A stretch of DNA of 64,000 nt, taken from assembly GCA_038153405.1 (NCBI GenBank), contig JAYOYH010000005.1:64001-128000 (forward strand), given 5' to 3'. Below, one piece after another: positions 9,895 to 19,604 of the stretch (its first letter is position 1; each line of letters begins with the position of its first letter). The notes under the pieces were generated by a model. It searched no databases. It was given only the letters and a program-made list of their open reading frames with translations, and had not been told where the DNA came from. The position numbers and the translations under genes are program-made. The stretch comes from Gemmatimonadota bacterium. GTDB lineage: Bacteria > Latescibacterota > UBA2968 > UBA8231.

Positions 9895-11730
9895 CTAGCG
9901 GTTCATTGCTGGCCCATCTCGCCCCTGCGACAGCGCACGCATTTGCACCCCATCGTATAGCTGGCGCAGCCGTGTGCGTTCGGCAGGCAGTTGGTCAATT
10001 GAGCGCTTGAGCACCTGTGCAGCCTGCGCCAGATCGCCTAATTGCCCGTAGAGCGCCATCATCTCGACGTAGACCGCCAACAGCTTGGGATTGAGCGCAA
10101 GCGCCTGTTCATAGGCGGCAAATGCACCTTCCACATCGCGCTGCATTACTCGAACGTGAGCCAGGTTAACCCACGGTTCGACCTGGTTAGGCGCCGCGCG
10201 TGCCAGTCGAGCAAAGATCGCTCCGGCGCCGCGCACATCGCCCAGCGACCCTTTGACACTGCCCAGATTCAGCCAGGCCTGCCAGTGCAGCGAATCTTTT
10301 TGGACCGCCTCGGCAAAAGCGGCCATGGCCCTGTGGCGGTCGCCAGCTTTGGCATAGGCATTGCCCAGATTGTAGTGAATAGCCGCATCTCCATCCATAT
10401 TCATGGAACCGATATTCCAATTGGCGGGCACGGCAAAGACCGCACAAACGGCCAGGCCCAAGCCCGCTTTGCGCCAGTGACCGGCGCGCAAAAAATCGCC
10501 TATGCACCACGCGCCATAGGCGGCAAATACGGCGAGTACGGGCAGCGCTGGCACTCTGTAGCGCGCCGCCACGAAAAATAGAGCCACCGCAAGCCAATAG
10601 CTCAACGCATATACTGCCGGCCACGTCGGCCCAACGAGCCGCAAACTCATCAGCAACCCCCATAGGGCCACCGGAGCGACGAGACCAAAGGGAAAGGCCA
10701 CGCCGGCCTTCCACAAGGTTGCAGAGAGGACCGTTGAATACGTTCGCCAAAAGTAGATGGGCTGGTTGCGCCCTTGCTCTTCGCCGTGCCAGAACAGGGC
10801 GAGCTTACCCACCATCAGTTGCATCCAATCCACCGGGTCGGCAGCAATGTAGTCCCATGCCCGACGCATAAAGTAAGCCGACTTTTCCGACGGGCGCACT
10901 ATGCCGGATTGCGCAGGCAAAGCGACAAGTTCGTCCCATTCCCAGCCCGGACGAATGGATACCGTGCGCTCGTATTCTGCATTGTTGCCAATGTAAAAAT
11001 TGATGCCCATGTTGTAGGAAATTGGCACAGTGTCGCCGCCAACGGCATAGTTTCGAGCGGCAACCGGCGCAATCGGCAACGCTATCCCCACTAGGAAAAC
11101 CGCTGCATACATACCGCCCTGTCGATGGGCAAACCTTCGCAGCAGCCCAACGGGCACCGCCGCGGCAAAGAGCAATACGGTTGGAACGGCTACGGCCGCC
11201 GTCCCCAACGCTACACCGCAGACGGCAAAACGCAAAGCCGTGGGATGGCGCCAGGCGTGCAACAGCGCGACGAGCGAGGCCATATTGAGAAAAGTCGCCA
11301 ACGAAGCGGGCAGCATTTCTCCATCAAAGAAAATTAGCGGACCCGAGAGAGCGGCTAACACGCCGGCGATCAGCCCAACCGTCCCATTGAATACATGGCG
11401 TCCAATCCACCACGCCATACCGCATACCAGCGCACCCAGCAATGCTTGGAAAAGTCGTACGACGTGGAAGAATGAGATCGGGAAGAGCGTTTTTAGCGCT
11501 CCGAGAACATAGGGATAGAGGGGCGGCTGCCAGAACGGTCCCTGCCCCGAGTAGAGCCAGTTGCCAGCAGCTAAGCGCTCGGCCTGATGCGTATAGGTTT
11601 CCGAATCGACAGCGGGATAGACAAAAAGAGGGCTCTGATCGATCTCAAAGACATAGGCAACGCGCAGTAGAAGGCTCAATGCCAACACCAGCCACAGCGG
11701 CCTATAATCTCTCGCACTTGTATCTGTCAC
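9895..11730 (-). CDS. GT-C fold (GT39/GT83, PMT/ArnT-like) membrane glycosyltransferase with C-terminal TPR repeats
   Basis: Likely GTG start at 11730; 'DSETY', 'QPPLYPY', 'GINFYIGNN', 'FFVAARYRVP'; C-terminal TPRs (HYNLGNAY, AWLNLG, WVNLA). Confidence 0.8.
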   Translation of the reverse strand: MTDTSARDYRPLWLVLALSLLLRVAYVFEIDQSPLFVYPAVDSETYTHQAERLAAGNWLYSGQGPFWQPPLYPYVLGALKTLFPISFFHVVRLFQALLGALVCGMAWWIGRHVFNGTVGLIAGVLAALSGPLIFFDGEMLPASLATFLNMASLVALLHAWRHPTALRFAVCGVALGTAAVAVPTVLLFAAAVPVGLLRRFAHRQGGMYAAVFLVGIALPIAPVAARNYAVGGDTVPISYNMGINFYIGNNAEYERTVSIRPGWEWDELVALPAQSGIVRPSEKSAYFMRRAWDYIAADPVDWMQLMVGKLALFWHGEEQGRNQPIYFWRTYSTVLSATLWKAGVAFPFGLVAPVALWGLLMSLRLVGPTWPAVYALSYWLAVALFFVAARYRVPALPVLAVFAAYGAWCIGDFLRAGHWRKAGLGLAVCAVFAVPANWNIGSMNMDGDAAIHYNLGNAYAKAGDRHRAMAAFAEAVQKDSLHWQAWLNLGSVKGSLGDVRGAGAIFARLARAAPNQVEPWVNLAHVRVMQRDVEGAFAAYEQALALNPKLLAVYVEMMALYGQLGDLAQAAQVLKRSIDQLPAERTRLRQLYDGVQMRALSQGRDGPAMNR

Positions 11731-11823
11731 AGCAGCCCACTCATATGACGTACTCGACCAATCGCTAGCACACACTCCAAATCAATACCTAAACAACCCG
11801 GATAACCGCTGCGCACGGTCGTA

Positions 11824-12690
11824 TCAAGTGCCGAGAACCAGCGGTTCCATATCCGCTGCTGCAACCACCTCGTCCCACTCGGCGATGTTCGACGGCCCGC
11901 TCGACACCGTCGATATTCGGCCATCGCCTAAGATCCAGCGAAATGCACTCTGCGGCAGCGTCGACTGCTCTCTTTTCATTTCATCTATAATGCTCCACAC
12001 GCGCGGTCTGTCCGTCTCTTCGAACCACTGCTCGACAGCGGTTTTCTGCTCGTCGTTATCGACGTAAATCCCGCCGGCTAGCGGCGTGGCGATTACTATG
12101 CCCATATCGCTGGCCGCCGCCGCCGGCACGACCTGCTCGGCAGCCAGTTTCTTGCACGGGTGATAGTCGTGATAGCAAAGTACTGTATCGAACTCACCGG
12201 TCTGCGCCAGTTCGGCCAGCAGCGGGATCGCTCGGGCCGTAATGCCGACAAAGTCGCATAGTCCTCTCCGCTGGGCCTCGCGCAAGCCCTCGAGCGTGCC
12301 ACCCGGCTCCATAATCCGTTCCCATCCCGCTAGATTGACCTCGTGTATCTGTGCCACCGCGACCTTGTCGACGCCGAGCAGACCCACACTGCGCTCCAGG
12401 CTGGCCAATACAGAATCGCGCTTATAGTCAAAGCCCTCCGGCTTAAAACCCACCTTCGTCGCTATCATAAATGGCTGCTTGACCACCGCCAAGGCTTCAC
12501 CCAACAACAGTTCACTCTCGCCGTATAGGGGCGCCGTATCGATGTAATTACATCCCGCTTCCCAAGCCCTCGACACGATCGCTACGGCGTTTTCCCGCGT
12601 GCGCTCCGGGTCGCGGCCACCAATATACGCGCCCCCCAAACTCACCGCACTCACATCCAAATTGGTCCGCCCAAATCGCCTATATTTCAT
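11824..12690 (-). CDS. Aldo/keto reductase
   Basis: Start MKYRRFGRTNLDVSAVSLGG at 12690 (GGAGA RBS); DTAPLYGESE, ATKVG, QIHE, ATPLAGG. Confidence 0.9.
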   Translation of the reverse strand: MKYRRFGRTNLDVSAVSLGGAYIGGRDPERTRENAVAIVSRAWEAGCNYIDTAPLYGESELLLGEALAVVKQPFMIATKVGFKPEGFDYKRDSVLASLERSVGLLGVDKVAVAQIHEVNLAGWERIMEPGGTLEGLREAQRRGLCDFVGITARAIPLLAELAQTGEFDTVLCYHDYHPCKKLAAEQVVPAAAASDMGIVIATPLAGGIYVDNDEQKTAVEQWFEETDRPRVWSIIDEMKREQSTLPQSAFRWILGDGRISTVSSGPSNIAEWDEVVAAADMEPLVLGT

Positions 12691-12710
12691 CGCATTTCTC
12701 TCCGATCGTC

Positions 12711-14161
12711 CTAAAACAGTGTGTTGCGCAAGATCAATACGGACGTTGCCTCTTGCTGCCAGCGTTTCTCCACTTCTTTGGGCACATTGCTTCCCCACCG
12801 CACAAAAGCACCCAATACGATATCCGCGTCTCCGTCCAAGTCGACGTCCCCAGCATCCATCGTCAACCAGCGGGCGTCTTGGGCCTCGGCGAAGGTGTGG
12901 GCAACAAAATTCAAATCGCCCTCATTTTGCAAATAGACAAACGACTCTTGCGGCGCCGATGCATAGTCCGGAAAAAACGAAATGGCGGCAATATCTAAGT
13001 CGCCGTCCTGATCGAAATCGACGGGCAATGCTTTATAGGCTCCATATTGCGGATAGAAGAAGACCTCAGCAAAGCGATTGGCCCCGTCGTTGCGATAGAG
13101 TCGCACTCCGTGATAGCGCTTGGCAAACGGCGTGTAATCGGCGCTGTCGCCGTTGGCCGTTAAGATGTCCATAGCCCCGTCGCCGTCAAAGTCGACATGA
13201 CGATGTCGTCCCTACCGTCCCCATTCAGATCGCCATACGTGGCAAACGTCGGACGCGAAAGGTCCGTTAAGACATCGCGCGGAGGAATATTCAGCAGGCC
13301 CTGCTCGTCTTTGCCGAAGGCGACGAGTTTGCCCCGTGGGTTGTCGGAGGGAAAGACCGAACCGATCGAGGCAATCCACACCTCTCCGGCTCGGTCTTCG
13401 ATGGCCACCGGCGAGGGCGTGGACGGAATTTTTTGCAGTTCTCGTCCTTGGCCGTCGAGTATGACCAGCGAATTATCGGCCGAATCACCCGCATAGACCC
13501 ATCCCCGCAGCGTATCGATTTCGACGAGCGTAGTGAAAGGAAACGGCGTCCTGTAGCGCGGCTTAAAAACCTTAAAGTGCGGCAATTCCGCGCGAATGAA
13601 CGGTTCGTTGGCACGGGGCAAGGGCACTTCAGGGGCGGCCTGCAAATAGTAGTCCACGATCTTTTTCCACGCATCCGGCGGCACGAGTGGATACGCCGGG
13701 TAGATCCCCGCCCGGTTGACGACCGCGAGCGCCTTGGGGTCTTTCTGCCGACCAATGGGATTGGCCGGTAACGACGTGGTGCCCGCAGGAATACCGAGGC
13801 GCTCTGTGAGAAAAGGCAGCACGAAGTTGCGCAGCGTCGCGCGGTCGAGCAAATCGGGCTCGGCAAATATATGGCACGTCTGACAGTAGAGTATCGCCTC
13901 GGCGCGGCCTGGTATCGCCTCGTCCGCCGGCGTGACCGATTGGATGATCTGGTGCTGTATAAGCACCGCATGGAGCGACGTGGCCTCTGATGGGCCGGAC
14001 TTGGCCCTGTCCACCGTCTCAATTTTATCGCCGCCGGCCTCCCTCGCCGTTCCGCCGCCGGGCAGCCAGAGCGGATCCCCTCCCGCCACTCCGATCAGGC
14101 CGGCGGCAAAAAGAGGGAGCCAACTCCACCGCACAGCTTGCCTAGCAGCGATCATACGCAT
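12711..14161 (-). pseudogene. Secreted c-type cytochrome (CxxCH) + FG-GAP/VCBS repeat protein, split by a frameshift with apparent internal deletion near 13195
   Basis: The 5' ORF (13160-14161) has a signal peptide, YCQTCH and GDLNGDGRDDIV. The 3' ORF (12711-13172) continues in another frame from VDFDGDGAMDIL and has further DFDQDGDLDI and DVDLDGDADI repeats. Confidence 0.7.
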
Positions 14162-14343
14162 TACCCCTCACAGGTGCACGGTGCTGAATGGGCGCAAATG
14201 ACCAACGACTCTATCCCCCACACACAAACGCAGAAATAAAATGGACAGCAAAAACGCAGATATCGCGATCAGGGGATCTACGTCTGAACGGCCTAGCCAA
14301 TGGCGCTGAGATAGGTCCTTAGGTGGTTTGTAGGGAAAGCGTA

Positions 14344-16950
14344 TCAGTACGCTACCGATACGGTGCGCAACACCTCGGCGTTGTCGATATCGGCACCGGC
14401 TGTTTCCGTCGCGACGCGCAGGCGTGCATAATACACGCCCGGCACGACGAGTCGACCTGCGTCATCGCGTCCATCCCAGCGCAAGGACCGAGGCCCCGTG
14501 CTCACCGCCCGCTGCTCAACCAATCGACGCACCGCACGACCGCTCAGGTCGTAGACCATCACCTCGGCCGGGCTGTTATCGTCGACGCGCACAACGGTAA
14601 ATTCAAACGCCGTATCGTCATTTACCCCGTCGCCGTTGGGCGAGAACACGCGCGGTACGACCCGCACGTCGTAGAGCAATTCATTGCGACCAACTGCGCC
14701 GACCAGCGTCGTCGTATTACCCGCGCCCAGCGCAACGGCATTGCCCGCATCTACGCGCTGCCAAGCAGCTGTAGCGCCGGTCCTATTTTGCAGCGAAGCG
14801 CTCAGTACGGCTCCCGTTGAAAACAGCGCCGTGCGAAAGTCGAGACGCAAGAGTTCCGCGTCGCCATTCGGCCCGATGAGGGGAAAGCTCAACTGCAGGC
14901 TGTCCGCATTCGTGGCCGCAACCGACGCATCCTCTACGCGCAGGCTCTCCATATCGCCCTCGGCCATAAAGTCGGCCTCCGAACCGGCAAAAAGACCAGC
15001 AAATTCCAATTTCATATCCGATGGTGCGACCAACAATAGTTCGTCAAAACCGCTGTCGTTGCGCACAAAATCCGGCCGGATGTAGAGAGAGAAGGGACGC
15101 TCTATGCCCAGCGAATCAACTTGAAAGGGAACGACTTCTCCTACCAACCCCTGTGCTACCGGGTCGACGAAGTTGAGTCGAATAGAGCGCAGTGCAGCTG
15201 CGGCCTTGGGATCGTCTGAAACCAAGGTTGCCCTCACTTTGAGGTATTCGCGCGGCGATGGCGATGTGATCACGCTGCCCGAAGAAAGCGTATACGGCTC
15301 GCTCCAGTCACTCCAATCGTTACCCGGCACTTCTTCGGGAATAATATCTCCCTTAAAGAGCGATAGCAGCTTGCCGTACTGCGCTTCGGTCACTTCGGTG
15401 CCGTCTTTTTTGAAGTAGTGCAGGATTTCGCCCAGTTCGTTGCCCGTGCGCGTCTGAATCTGCACGCTCGTACTCGGCGGCGTGTCGGCGTCCCACTCTA
15501 TGGATAGCAGATTTCGACTCCCTCCGAGGCGAATCAAATCCGATTCCAGCGACAAGCGCGGCAGAAACCCTTCGCCATAGAGTTGGACTTCGGCCAAGAT
15601 AGCGCTGGCGCCAAAGGAGGCAACGGTCCACTGCATGCGAAAAAAGCGCGCCTGTATCGGATCGAAGCGGTTCCCTTCAAATTGGCGCTGGTACACGCCG
15701 CCCTGGTCCCTATTCAGCACGCGATTCCATTCCAAACTGCCGTCTGGGGCCAAGCTGCCGTCCGACACTTCAATGCGGTAATCGCCAAAAGTGCGGCCGC
15801 CGTACGCCAGTAGATGCGTATCGACCCAATAGAACGTCCCCAGGTCAAAAAACAGCTCGCGATTGTTGATATCGGTGGTAGCACCGGTCCAACCGCCCAC
15901 GCCCCAAACGACGATAGAGGAACTCTCCCGTCGACCGTCAATAAAGGGCCCCAGTGCCACACCCGGTTCCGTCGTAGAAATATAGCCGCCGCGCGAAACA
16001 GTGCCGCTCAGGATCTCGTCCCCTTCGCCCCATACCTCAATTTCGGCCAAGCGCGGCCGTTCGCGACGAAAGTGGCGAATGGCCGCCCGCTTTTCCGGAC
16101 TCAGCTTCTCGTAAACATCTTGGTCCACCAGCAACTGGCCACCGTCGAGCAAGTATTTATAGTATTCAATCGCACCGCGCTCGGCGACCGGCAGCTCGCC
16201 ATATTCGGCTTCTGTGACCTGCCGGCCGCGCCCGCCGTCCGTTCCGTTCACCACGATCTGAATAAACCTCAACCCCTGACTGCGGGTCTCCTTATCGGCA
16301 TTCTGCAGATCAATTTCAAAGACGCGCTGGCTCTTGTTCTCTTGCAATAGACGCATTACCGTGGAATAGTTTGGCGTCGTCGACAAGGGAGCCAGTTTCG
16401 GCTTGAGCCCATCGGATATCAGGACATCAAAGAGCAGGAAGGGATCGCCCAGTTCCTCATCGACGAATTTCAGGACAATTTTTTTTGCAAAAACAAAGCG
16501 GCCCAAGTCGAGGTTATACCACCACTGTGCCGGCAAATCGATGCCTTCAGGCACCGGCGCCGGCTCCCAATAGGTGGTGGGATCCCCATCGATCGCCTTA
16601 TACGCATCGGCGGGATTCGAGCCAACTTTTACCGCGTCGGCCAGACCGATGTCTTCCGGGTCTTTCTTGATGTGATCGGGGGTATTGAGTCGGAGAAAAT
16701 CAACGATGTCGATCACTGCGTTGGTATTCCGCTGCATGCTCTTTGGCCGCACCGTGCCATCGGAGACGTTGAGCGTGCCCTGCGGAAACGCCCAGTTTTC
16801 CCAATGGGTCTGCGCGTTAATAATAACCTGGTTGGGACCAACCCTATGTCCCTGTGCCTTCAGCTCACCGACGGACATCGTCAACGCACTAACGGCCATC
16901 AGCACACCGCACAACCACCGGAGTTTACCGATCATCTGCGTTTCTCCCAT
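14344..16950 (-). CDS. Secreted multidomain protein A1: discoidin-like domains + conserved core + FlgD-Ig/CHU_C-like C-terminal domain
   Basis: Signal peptide (possible start 16935); AIDGDPTTYW and LDLGR (F5/8C-like); C-terminus VFSPNGDGVND...YDLSGRAVR...WDGRDDAG...PGVY...SVAY. Confidence 0.75.
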   Translation of the reverse strand: MGETQMIGKLRWLCGVLMAVSALTMSVGELKAQGHRVGPNQVIINAQTHWENWAFPQGTLNVSDGTVRPKSMQRNTNAVIDIVDFLRLNTPDHIKKDPEDIGLADAVKVGSNPADAYKAIDGDPTTYWEPAPVPEGIDLPAQWWYNLDLGRFVFAKKIVLKFVDEELGDPFLLFDVLISDGLKPKLAPLSTTPNYSTVMRLLQENKSQRVFEIDLQNADKETRSQGLRFIQIVVNGTDGGRGRQVTEAEYGELPVAERGAIEYYKYLLDGGQLLVDQDVYEKLSPEKRAAIRHFRRERPRLAEIEVWGEGDEILSGTVSRGGYISTTEPGVALGPFIDGRRESSSIVVWGVGGWTGATTDINNRELFFDLGTFYWVDTHLLAYGGRTFGDYRIEVSDGSLAPDGSLEWNRVLNRDQGGVYQRQFEGNRFDPIQARFFRMQWTVASFGASAILAEVQLYGEGFLPRLSLESDLIRLGGSRNLLSIEWDADTPPSTSVQIQTRTGNELGEILHYFKKDGTEVTEAQYGKLLSLFKGDIIPEEVPGNDWSDWSEPYTLSSGSVITSPSPREYLKVRATLVSDDPKAAAALRSIRLNFVDPVAQGLVGEVVPFQVDSLGIERPFSLYIRPDFVRNDSGFDELLLVAPSDMKLEFAGLFAGSEADFMAEGDMESLRVEDASVAATNADSLQLSFPLIGPNGDAELLRLDFRTALFSTGAVLSASLQNRTGATAAWQRVDAGNAVALGAGNTTTLVGAVGRNELLYDVRVVPRVFSPNGDGVNDDTAFEFTVVRVDDNSPAEVMVYDLSGRAVRRLVEQRAVSTGPRSLRWDGRDDAGRLVVPGVYYARLRVATETAGADIDNAEVLRTVSVAY

Positions 16951-16965
16951 TCGAGTCCAAACCGT

Positions 16966-19569
16966 CTAGTACGCTACCGATACCGCGCGCAATACCTCGG
17001 CGTTTTCAATGCCGGCACCCGATATTTCGGTGGCAACGCGTAGACGCGCGTAGTAGATGCCCGGCGCCACCCGTTGACCTGCATCGTCGCGGCCGTCCCA
17101 ACGCAGAGAGCGCGGGCCGGTGCTCACCGCCCGCTGCTCGGCGAGGTGACGAACCGGCCGACCGCTCAGATCGTAGACCGTTACTTCCGCCGGACTGTTA
17201 TCGCTCACTCGAATAACGGTAAACTCAAAGGCCGCCTCGTCGTTCACTCCGTCGCCGTTGGGCGAGAACACGCGCGGCACCACTTCGGCGTATCGAATGA
17301 GCTCTTTGCGGCCGACAGCGCCGACGAGCGTAGTCGTGTTGCCATCTCCCAGAGCAACGGCGTTACCCGCATCTACGCGCTGCCAAGCGTTTGTTGCTCC
17401 ACGCTGCTGCAGCAGGGGTTTTAAAACGGCCCCGGTAGAAAAAAGCGCCGTGCGGAAATCGAGGCGCAATAGGTCGATGTTATCGTTGGGGCCAATGGGT
17501 GCAAACGATACGCGCAGGCTGTCGCCGCCATTGGCGGCCACTTCGACGCCTTCGGGAACCAGTGCTGTAAGATCGTTCCCCGACATAAAATCGGCCTCTG
17601 CACCAGCAAAAATACCCGTGAAATTTAGGCTCATATCAGAAGGGGCGACCAACAGCAATTCGTCAAAGCCGCTGTCGTTGCGCGTGAAATCGGGCCGGAT
17701 ATATAGCGAGAACGGGCGTTCTATGCCCAGCGAATCGACTTGAAACGGCACCAGTTCACCCACCAAACCCTGCGCCACCGGATCGACAAAATTGAGCCGA
17801 ATAGAACGCAGCGTGGCCGCAGTGTTTGGTTCGTCGGACACCAGCGTTGCCCGCACTTTGAGGTATTCGCGCGGCGACGGCGATGTAATTGGACTACCCG
17901 ATGGGAGCGCATACGGCTCACTCCAATCGCTCCAATCGTTGCCTGGCACTTCTTCGGGGACAATATCTCCTCTGAACAGCGACAGCAGCTTTCCATACTG
18001 CGCCTCCGTCACTTCGGTGCCGTCTTTTTTAAAGTAGTGCAACACCTCGCCCAATTCGTTGCCCGTGCGCGTTTGAATTTGCACGCTGGTGCCCGGCGGC
18101 GTATCGGCATCCCACTCGATAGACAGCAGATTGCGACTGCCGCCCAAGCGAATCAGATCCGACTCCAACTCGACGCGTGGCTGCACCCCCTCACCGTAGA
18201 GCTGGATCTCCGCTAGTTCAACGCGATTGCTGCCGCGCTCTTTTATCTGCCAAAACATGCGAAAGAAGCGCGCTTTAATCGGATCAAAATCGTTTCCTTC
18301 AAAGTTTTCACGCACGCGCCCGGCTTGCGAACGATCGAATGACGTTCTCCACTGCAAGGTACCGTCCGGAGCGAGCGAACCGTCTGAAAACTGCAGCTGA
18401 TAATCGCCAAAGCGGCGAAAAAGACCGCCATAGGCCATGCGGTGCGTGTCGATCCAATAAAACGAGCCCAGGTCGAAAAAGAGCTCGCGGTCAAAAATCT
18501 GCGTAGCGCCGGGTTGAGCATCCCACACCATCTGGGAAATAGTACCGCGATCGCCGTCGACAAACGAACTGAGCGCCACGTTGGGCTCGGTTGCAAAAAT
18601 AAAGCCACCGCGCGAAACGGTCCCGCTGAGAATCTCGTCGCCCAACCCCCAAACTTCGAGCTCGGCCAAGCGCGGCCGCTCTTGGCGGAAATAGCGCACG
18701 GCGCCTTGGCGCTCGGGATCTAGCTGCTCGAAGACATCCTGCCGAACCGGCACTTGGCCGCCATTAATTAACTTTTTATTGTATTCGATATCGCCTCGAT
18801 CGGCCGCCAGCAAGCCTTCGTATTCTTCCTTGGTCACCTCCCGACCTCGGCCTGCGTCCGTGCCATTGACGACTACTTGTACAAATCGGATCCCCTCGCT
18901 CTCGGCTTCGGCACTCAGCCCATCCAGATCAATTTCAAATATGCGCTGGTCCTTGTTCTCTTGCAGCGTCCTGAGCACCGTCTGGTAGCGCGGCACTTTC
19001 GACCCCGGAACGCGCGGTGGCGCCAGCCCATCGGAAACCAATACGTCAAAGAGCAGGAAGGGATCGCCCAGCGCTTCGTCGACAAACTTTAACACGAGTT
19101 TCTTGGCAAAGACAAAGCGGCCCAAATCAATGACAAACCACCACTGCGTTGCCAAATCGCTCCCTTCTTCAGCGCGATCGGGTTGCCAATAGGTCGTCAT
19201 ATCACCGTCCATAATATGGACCACATCGGCGCTATTTGAACCCGCTTTAACCGCGTCAATAAGCTCAATATCCTCGGGGGCTTTCTTGATTTCAGATGGA
19301 GTATTGAGCCGCAGAAAATCGACGATATCGGAGACGGCATTGGCATTGCGCCGCATCGTCGACGGCTGCACCTGTCCGCCAGCAATCCGCAGCGTGCCCT
19401 GGGCAAATATCCAGTTTTGCCAGTGGCTCTGGCTCTCGACAATGACTTGACTAGCGCTCAACCGGTACCCCTGTGCCCGTGCCGGGTCAGCGGAACCCAT
19501 CGCCCACACGGCTATGCACAATGCAAATATCAAACAACTGCGGTTTGCATAAAGAGCGCTCAAAACCAT
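16966..19569 (-). CDS. Secreted multidomain protein A2 (paralog of A1 and A3)
   Basis: Colinear with A1; MDGDMTTYW, IDLGR, near-identical core LESDLIRLGGSRNLLSIEW..., same C-terminal domain ending SVAY. Confidence 0.75.
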   Translation of the reverse strand: MVLSALYANRSCLIFALCIAVWAMGSADPARAQGYRLSASQVIVESQSHWQNWIFAQGTLRIAGGQVQPSTMRRNANAVSDIVDFLRLNTPSEIKKAPEDIELIDAVKAGSNSADVVHIMDGDMTTYWQPDRAEEGSDLATQWWFVIDLGRFVFAKKLVLKFVDEALGDPFLLFDVLVSDGLAPPRVPGSKVPRYQTVLRTLQENKDQRIFEIDLDGLSAEAESEGIRFVQVVVNGTDAGRGREVTKEEYEGLLAADRGDIEYNKKLINGGQVPVRQDVFEQLDPERQGAVRYFRQERPRLAELEVWGLGDEILSGTVSRGGFIFATEPNVALSSFVDGDRGTISQMVWDAQPGATQIFDRELFFDLGSFYWIDTHRMAYGGLFRRFGDYQLQFSDGSLAPDGTLQWRTSFDRSQAGRVRENFEGNDFDPIKARFFRMFWQIKERGSNRVELAEIQLYGEGVQPRVELESDLIRLGGSRNLLSIEWDADTPPGTSVQIQTRTGNELGEVLHYFKKDGTEVTEAQYGKLLSLFRGDIVPEEVPGNDWSDWSEPYALPSGSPITSPSPREYLKVRATLVSDEPNTAATLRSIRLNFVDPVAQGLVGELVPFQVDSLGIERPFSLYIRPDFTRNDSGFDELLLVAPSDMSLNFTGIFAGAEADFMSGNDLTALVPEGVEVAANGGDSLRVSFAPIGPNDNIDLLRLDFRTALFSTGAVLKPLLQQRGATNAWQRVDAGNAVALGDGNTTTLVGAVGRKELIRYAEVVPRVFSPNGDGVNDEAAFEFTVIRVSDNSPAEVTVYDLSGRPVRHLAEQRAVSTGPRSLRWDGRDDAGQRVAPGIYYARLRVATEISGAGIENAEVLRAVSVAY

Positions 19570-19604
19570 AAGGGTTAGCTCCAGTCTTCCATTAGCCCGT
19601 CCAA

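Noticed and set aside
13160..13200. Programmed ribosomal frameshift joining the two FG-GAP ORFs
   Set aside because: No slippery heptamer at the junction, and the joined product would still lack the sequence between two FG-GAP motifs.
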